A model generated the notes under the pieces. It saw only the letters and a list, made by a program, of their open reading frames with translations. It was not told where the DNA came from and did not search any database. A DNA stretch of 64,000 bases from NCBI GenBank assembly GCA_963706575.1, contig CAVPNL010000015.1, positions 64,001 to 128,000 on the forward strand, written 5' to 3'. The stretch's first letter is position 1. Each line of letters starts with the position of its first letter. The translations under genes and the position numbers were made by a program. This document shows, one piece after another, positions 59,177 to 64,000 of this stretch. Source of the stretch: an uncultured delta proteobacterium (GTDB taxonomy: Bacteria; Desulfobacterota; Desulfobacteria; Desulfobacterales; JAHEIW01).

Positions 59177-60457
59177 TTAAAACTTCCAGATCAGATTGAC
59201 GGCAAAAAAGTGAATTGCGTTGGTGTCGTAGTCACCCTTGAGGGGACCCTGGAGGGGCCCGCCTTCCTGGTCGATTTCGGCCTCTCCGGCGTCCAGGTAC
59301 TCATAAGCCACTCCCACGGTCACATCCTCGTTCCAGTCGTATTGAATTCCTGTGCCGATGCGGATCTGCCTGTCCAGGGGCAAATCGGGTGTGCGGGTGT
59401 CCTCATCGGTGGGAGAGGTATCGTAGGCGACGCCCACCGACCACAGCCAGCTATCGGCAAACCGGTACTGGGTGCCCAGGGCGAAGTGCCAGGTGTCGTC
59501 ATAATCCAGATCCTTTGTGAAAGTCGTAGCGGTTGTAGAGCGCAGCGTCAGGTCTTGCTTGCCAAATTCACTCCATTGCTGCCAGCCGATGTTGCCCATG
59601 ACGGCCCAGCGCGGGTTCAGCTGGTGGTAACCGCTCAGCATCACCGCCTGCGGAATGGTCATGTCGATGTCCACCTTGCTGCCGGCAACCCCGGATGCGT
59701 TGAGCAGACCCTGCAGAACTGGGCCGATGTTTTTCAGGGAGGCTGCATCCTTGAATTCCAGATCCACTTCGGAGCGATAGGTAAGGCCGAAACGCGTGCC
59801 GTCTCGCGGTGTCAGCATTAGACCCAAATTGAAGCCGTACCCCACATCGTCGCTGTCAAGCTTAAGCTCACCGTCCGCAAATCCCGGATCCGTCACCTGG
59901 TTGTTGACGGCCGCTTTCTGGTCGAGGGTGGCGTAGAGCACGCTGAATCCCGCCCCGACTGACAGCCAGTTGTTGACCCGGTAACCTGCGCCCGGGTTGA
60001 GGCCGAAGGTCAGCAACTCTGCTTTGGTGGTGTAGTAACGGCCGGCCCAGTCATCGCCGTAATCGACCCCCAGGCCGAAGTAAGAACCTGCGCTGATCCC
60101 GAGCCTGAAATCGTCGGTGACACGATGCACGTAGTGCAGCCCGCCGCTGGGGACAAATCCCCCGGCATTGCCGCCGTCACCGCCGCCGAACCCGGACAAA
60201 TCGGTGTCAAATTTGGCATTGACATAAAGTCCCTGCACAGCCGACAGCATCTGGGAACGGTCCAGGCGCGTCATGCCGGCCGGATTGGCGCCGGCTGTTG
60301 ACGCATCAACGGCCAGGGCTGCCCGCCCGGCACCGGCCGTGCCCAGATCCGGCGTTCCGCCTTCGTAGAGCCAAACGCCACCACCCCAGGCCGCAGAAAT
60401 AAGCAAAAAGACACTTAATAGTCCCAACATCGCGCAGTGATATAATCGTGTAATCAT
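59177..60457 (-). CDS. OmpP1/FadL family outer-membrane transporter
   Basis: Signal peptide; AG.AA.A.DAST...NPAGM; C-terminal aromatic Phe. Confidence 0.9.
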   Translation of the reverse strand: MITRLYHCAMLGLLSVFLLISAAWGGGVWLYEGGTPDLGTAGAGRAALAVDASTAGANPAGMTRLDRSQMLSAVQGLYVNAKFDTDLSGFGGGDGGNAGGFVPSGGLHYVHRVTDDFRLGISAGSYFGLGVDYGDDWAGRYYTTKAELLTFGLNPGAGYRVNNWLSVGAGFSVLYATLDQKAAVNNQVTDPGFADGELKLDSDDVGYGFNLGLMLTPRDGTRFGLTYRSEVDLEFKDAASLKNIGPVLQGLLNASGVAGSKVDIDMTIPQAVMLSGYHQLNPRWAVMGNIGWQQWSEFGKQDLTLRSTTATTFTKDLDYDDTWHFALGTQYRFADSWLWSVGVAYDTSPTDEDTRTPDLPLDRQIRIGTGIQYDWNEDVTVGVAYEYLDAGEAEIDQEGGPLQGPLKGDYDTNAIHFFAVNLIWKF

Positions 60458-60529
60458 GTTGTTTCCTAAAAAATCATTCTTATGGATGGGCATCGAGTTG
60501 TAACTTTTTTTAATAGCAGAAAAGTCTAT

Positions 60530-62206
60530 TCAGGGCAAAACCTCTGTCAGCACGCTGCCCACCGACCCGGAAGGGGGTTTAATGCCGAGATAGGCCGCAA
60601 GTGTCGCGGCGATATCGGTCGGGGCCACCCGCCGCCCGATGATTTGAGCCGGTACGCCGTTGCCCGCAAAAAAGATCGGCACATAGGTGTCGTACGCCCA
60701 GGGGGAACCATGGATCGCCGCAATCGATCCGATGCCCATCTTCTCGGCCTCCTCGGTGGAGTGCAGGAACCAGTATTGTTCCGGCACCATGTGGATGTTG
60801 CCGGAGCGCGTCGGATGAAAGCTGCGGCGGATCTGGTTCTGGACCGGTGACTCGGTGATGCGACCGGCCAAAAGATCGCCGCGGGTCATGGCGTAGGCGA
60901 TGCCGGGGATCTTCATCAATTCGTCGGCGACAAAACGCTCCACATCGGCCAGATCCAGTCCGGCCGAAGAGATGGCCTCCAGGTTCAGGTAGAGATACGG
61001 GTGGCTGTGGCCGGAGATCAGATCATCCCGACCGAATTTTTTCTGCAGGGCTTCTGTCAGAGGCCCTTCGGTCTTGAACCAGTCAAACGCAAACCGACCG
61101 GTGGAAAGCCCCAGGGTGGCCATGTATTCCGGCGCCTCGGGCGCTCCGTGGTCGGCGCTGAGCACAATCAGGGTGTTGCCCAGGCCCACCTTCTCATCGA
61201 CGAACCGAAAGAGCTCCGCCAGGGTCCGGTCCAGGCGCAGGATATTGTCTTCGGTCTCCAGGCTGGACGGCCCGAACAGGTGCCCGATGTAGTCGGTGGA
61301 AGAAAAACTGATCTGGAGGTAGTCCGGCGCGCCGGTATCGTTTTGACCCAGCTTTTCGTTTTCGATCAGGGCCTTGGCGAAATCGAGCGTAAGCATGTCG
61401 CCAACCGGTGTCAGGGTAAGAAACAGGTAGAAATATTTGGTATCGCCGCCCAACGGGTGGGGAAAAGTGCGGCCCAGAGGCTTGAGGTCGGCTTCGTAAG
61501 GCCGGTCGTCCATCTGGCCGTGAACGTAGGTGGCGCGATCGTTCAGCAATTCCCAGGATTTTCCCTTGAACGCATCAGCCGGTTTGGCGGCGTTCCACTG
61601 TTTCACCCATGCCGGATAGTCATCGTAGTAATAGGTGCTGGTCACGAAATTGCCGCTGCTCTTGGAAAACCAGAACGCCTTGCCGGCGTGCCCGCCCGGC
61701 AGGATAGCGCCCCGGTCTTTAACCGAAACACTGAACACCCGCGAGCGGCCGCCGTTATGGACCACCAGCTCATCTCCAAAGGTGGAGGCCGCCAGGTTGC
61801 GCGGAGAAACCCCCTCGTGGGCTTTGGGCTCTCGCCCAATGATGTGGTGGCGGTCGTCCTCGGTGTTGTAGACGAACGCACCGGTTTTTTGATCAATCCA
61901 ATCGTTGGCGACGATGCCGTGCCGGGAGGGATCTGCGCCGGTCGCCAGGGTCGCGTGGCCCACGGCGGTTTCGGTATTGGCGTGCTGGTAGTGGGCATCG
62001 ATATACCAGGTGCCCTCTTCCATCAGATAACGGAATCCTCCGTCGGTGAGACGATCGGCATAACGAGCGGGCAGGTCGCCGCGCAGTTGATCCACGGTGA
62101 TCTGCAGCACCAGACGGGGAGTTGAAGAAGCTGCAAGCATTGGCGCTGCAGCTACCAATACCGCCAGCGCTGCAATCAGCAGCGCGCTGCTTTTTACAAT
62201 TTTCAT
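60530..62206 (-). CDS. Alkaline phosphatase/nucleotide pyrophosphatase family protein (PafA-like)
   Basis: ITVDQLR, TETAVGHAT (Thr nucleophile), SVKDRGAILPGGH, DYIGH, SADHG and HGSP..YD. Confidence 0.9.
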   Translation of the reverse strand: MKIVKSSALLIAALAVLVAAAPMLAASSTPRLVLQITVDQLRGDLPARYADRLTDGGFRYLMEEGTWYIDAHYQHANTETAVGHATLATGADPSRHGIVANDWIDQKTGAFVYNTEDDRHHIIGREPKAHEGVSPRNLAASTFGDELVVHNGGRSRVFSVSVKDRGAILPGGHAGKAFWFSKSSGNFVTSTYYYDDYPAWVKQWNAAKPADAFKGKSWELLNDRATYVHGQMDDRPYEADLKPLGRTFPHPLGGDTKYFYLFLTLTPVGDMLTLDFAKALIENEKLGQNDTGAPDYLQISFSSTDYIGHLFGPSSLETEDNILRLDRTLAELFRFVDEKVGLGNTLIVLSADHGAPEAPEYMATLGLSTGRFAFDWFKTEGPLTEALQKKFGRDDLISGHSHPYLYLNLEAISSAGLDLADVERFVADELMKIPGIAYAMTRGDLLAGRITESPVQNQIRRSFHPTRSGNIHMVPEQYWFLHSTEEAEKMGIGSIAAIHGSPWAYDTYVPIFFAGNGVPAQIIGRRVAPTDIAATLAAYLGIKPPSGSVGSVLTEVLP

Positions 62207-62305
62207 GGTTACACCTCCCGGGCAGCCCGGCTCGGTGACGACGCCGGGCTTGCCGGTAAAGCAATGGATGATTTACCAAGATTTCCCGCAACGTTGACGC
62301 AAAGG

Positions 62306-63883
62306 TTATTGCGCCCCGGCCGGTTTTTGCATCATTTCCATGACCTGATCAAGACTGAAGCTGGCCGCCTTCATACGGGGCGGATAGTCCTTGAATGTCA
62401 TCAGAAAGTTTCCGACGTATGCCTGCGCTGGAACCAGCAGGAAGGCGCGATCAATCATCCAGTCAAAATAGGTGTTGGAAGTCATCTCAGCTCTTTCGTA
62501 TGGGTCACGCCGCAGGTTTTCAATCAAAGGCACGCGCAGCGGCACGAAAGGCTCCATCCATACTCGGAAGGTCCCGACAGTCTTCTGCTCCATGAAGATG
62601 AGTTTCCAGTCTTCATAGCGCAATGCCGTCAGGTCGCCGTCATCAGAGAAATAGAAAATTTCCTTGCGCGGACTGGATACATTGTCCGGGTTCTTCAGAT
62701 GCTCAGTGATGTCATAGCCATCCAGGTGCACCTTGTAGTCGCGCCCGAGCGCTTTTGAATGATAGCCATCGAGCAAATCCTGCTTGATGTCCTTCTTGCC
62801 GGCAGCGGCAACAAAGGTTGGCAGCCAGTCCATGTGATGAACAACACCGTTACTGACTGAGCCGGGCTTGACGACGCCTGGCCAGCGAACAGCAGCCGGT
62901 ACGCGCCAGCCGCCTTCCCAGTTGGTGTTTTTCTCGCCGCGAAAAGGTGTTGCGGCTGCGTCTGGCCAGGTGTTGTAGTGAGGACCGTTGTCGGTCGAAT
63001 AATGAACAATCGTGTTATCGGCAATACCCAGGTCATCGAGCAATTTCAGGAATTTTCCGATATGCATGTCATGCTCGACCATGCCGTCCGCATACTCGTC
63101 CTGACCGCTGATGCCGCGCAGTTCCTTTTTGACATGGGTGCGGAAGTGCATGCGGGTGCCACTCCACCAGACAAACCATGGCGTGCCTGTCTCGTGCTGA
63201 CGCCGGATAAAATCAATGGCGGCATCCGAGGTTACATCATCGACGGTTTCCATGCGCTTTTTCGTCAGCGGACCGGTATCTTCGATTTTCTGTTTACCGC
63301 CGTCCTGGGCCCACGAATGGATAACGCCGCGCGGACCGAATTTCTTCTTGAGCTCGGGATTCTTGAAATAGTCCTCATTTTCCGGCTCTTCTTCTGCGTT
63401 CAGGTGATAAAGGTTGCCAAAAAACTCATCGAAACCGTGATTGGTCGGCAAGTGTTCATCGCGATCACCCAGGTGATTTTTACCAAACTGGCCGGTTGCA
63501 TAGCCTTGATCCTTCAGAAGGACCGCGATCGTGGGGTCAAGGGTATTGATACCCTCTTTCGCCCCGGGCAGACCGACTTTTGACAGGCCGCTGCGGAAGA
63601 CGCTCTGGCCGAGGATAAAGCTGGAACGCCCCGCCGTGCATGATTGCTCGCCGTAGTAATCGGTGAAAAGGATGCCTTCCTTGGCTATGCGATCGATATT
63701 GGGGGTTTTGTAACCAACCAGGCCCCGGGTGTAGGCGCTGATGTTGGACTGACCGATGTCATCACCCCAGATGACGAGGATGTTGGGTTTGTCCGCGGCC
63801 ATCGCCGCACTGCTGAAAGAGGCAATCAAAAGCAGGCAGATTGCGATAGATGCGAAAAAGTAACACCTTTTTCTCCATTTCAT
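62306..63883 (-). CDS. Arylsulfatase (formylglycine-dependent)
   Basis: Signal peptide; KPNILVIWGDD, SCTAGR (CxxxR), GKNHLG and TDNG. Confidence 0.93.
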   Translation of the reverse strand: MKWRKRCYFFASIAICLLLIASFSSAAMAADKPNILVIWGDDIGQSNISAYTRGLVGYKTPNIDRIAKEGILFTDYYGEQSCTAGRSSFILGQSVFRSGLSKVGLPGAKEGINTLDPTIAVLLKDQGYATGQFGKNHLGDRDEHLPTNHGFDEFFGNLYHLNAEEEPENEDYFKNPELKKKFGPRGVIHSWAQDGGKQKIEDTGPLTKKRMETVDDVTSDAAIDFIRRQHETGTPWFVWWSGTRMHFRTHVKKELRGISGQDEYADGMVEHDMHIGKFLKLLDDLGIADNTIVHYSTDNGPHYNTWPDAAATPFRGEKNTNWEGGWRVPAAVRWPGVVKPGSVSNGVVHHMDWLPTFVAAAGKKDIKQDLLDGYHSKALGRDYKVHLDGYDITEHLKNPDNVSSPRKEIFYFSDDGDLTALRYEDWKLIFMEQKTVGTFRVWMEPFVPLRVPLIENLRRDPYERAEMTSNTYFDWMIDRAFLLVPAQAYVGNFLMTFKDYPPRMKAASFSLDQVMEMMQKPAGAQ

Positions 63884-64000
63884 GGTTCACTCTCCTTTCG
63901 CCTGATGTTGAGTTCAATCGTGTTGACCCGGCTTTGACGGCTGCCCGGAGGAGCACCCGCACAACCGATCCGTCTCGCTTGGATTCCAGACCGAAAGCAC

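Overview
A 64 kb window from an anaerobic bacterium, inferred to be Desulfobacterota/Desulfobacterales-like from gene content, sigma54 promoters and MITE/REP types. It is mostly devoted to amine and methylated-amine catabolism. The main feature is a complete bacterial-type pyrrolysine system: tRNA-Pyl(CUA) at 54432-54505 followed by pylSc-pylB-pylC-pylD-pylSn. It ends a ~20 kb same-strand cluster that also encodes an MtbB-family methyltransferase with an in-frame amber codon (TAG 51475-51477, at the conserved Pyl site), its corrinoid protein, a GabT-like aminotransferase, a LIV-type ABC transporter and two tungsten AOR-family enzymes. Elsewhere there are two non-Pyl MttB-superfamily methyltransferases, two more AOR paralogues and a CutC-related glycyl radical enzyme with a non-canonical GCVVP Cys loop plus its activase. 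There is also an intact ALDH homologue lacking its catalytic residues. A shared TGATKC-N6-GMATCA palindrome lies upstream of three sigma54 promoters. The window also holds an AT-rich opine-dehydrogenase islet bounded by IS-derived inverted repeats, several MITE/REP families (one nested), two small gene relics and a terminal sulfatase/phosphatase/FadL block. Four genes carry single-base frameshifts that look like sequencing errors. All family assignments come from motif recognition by eye; no searches were run.
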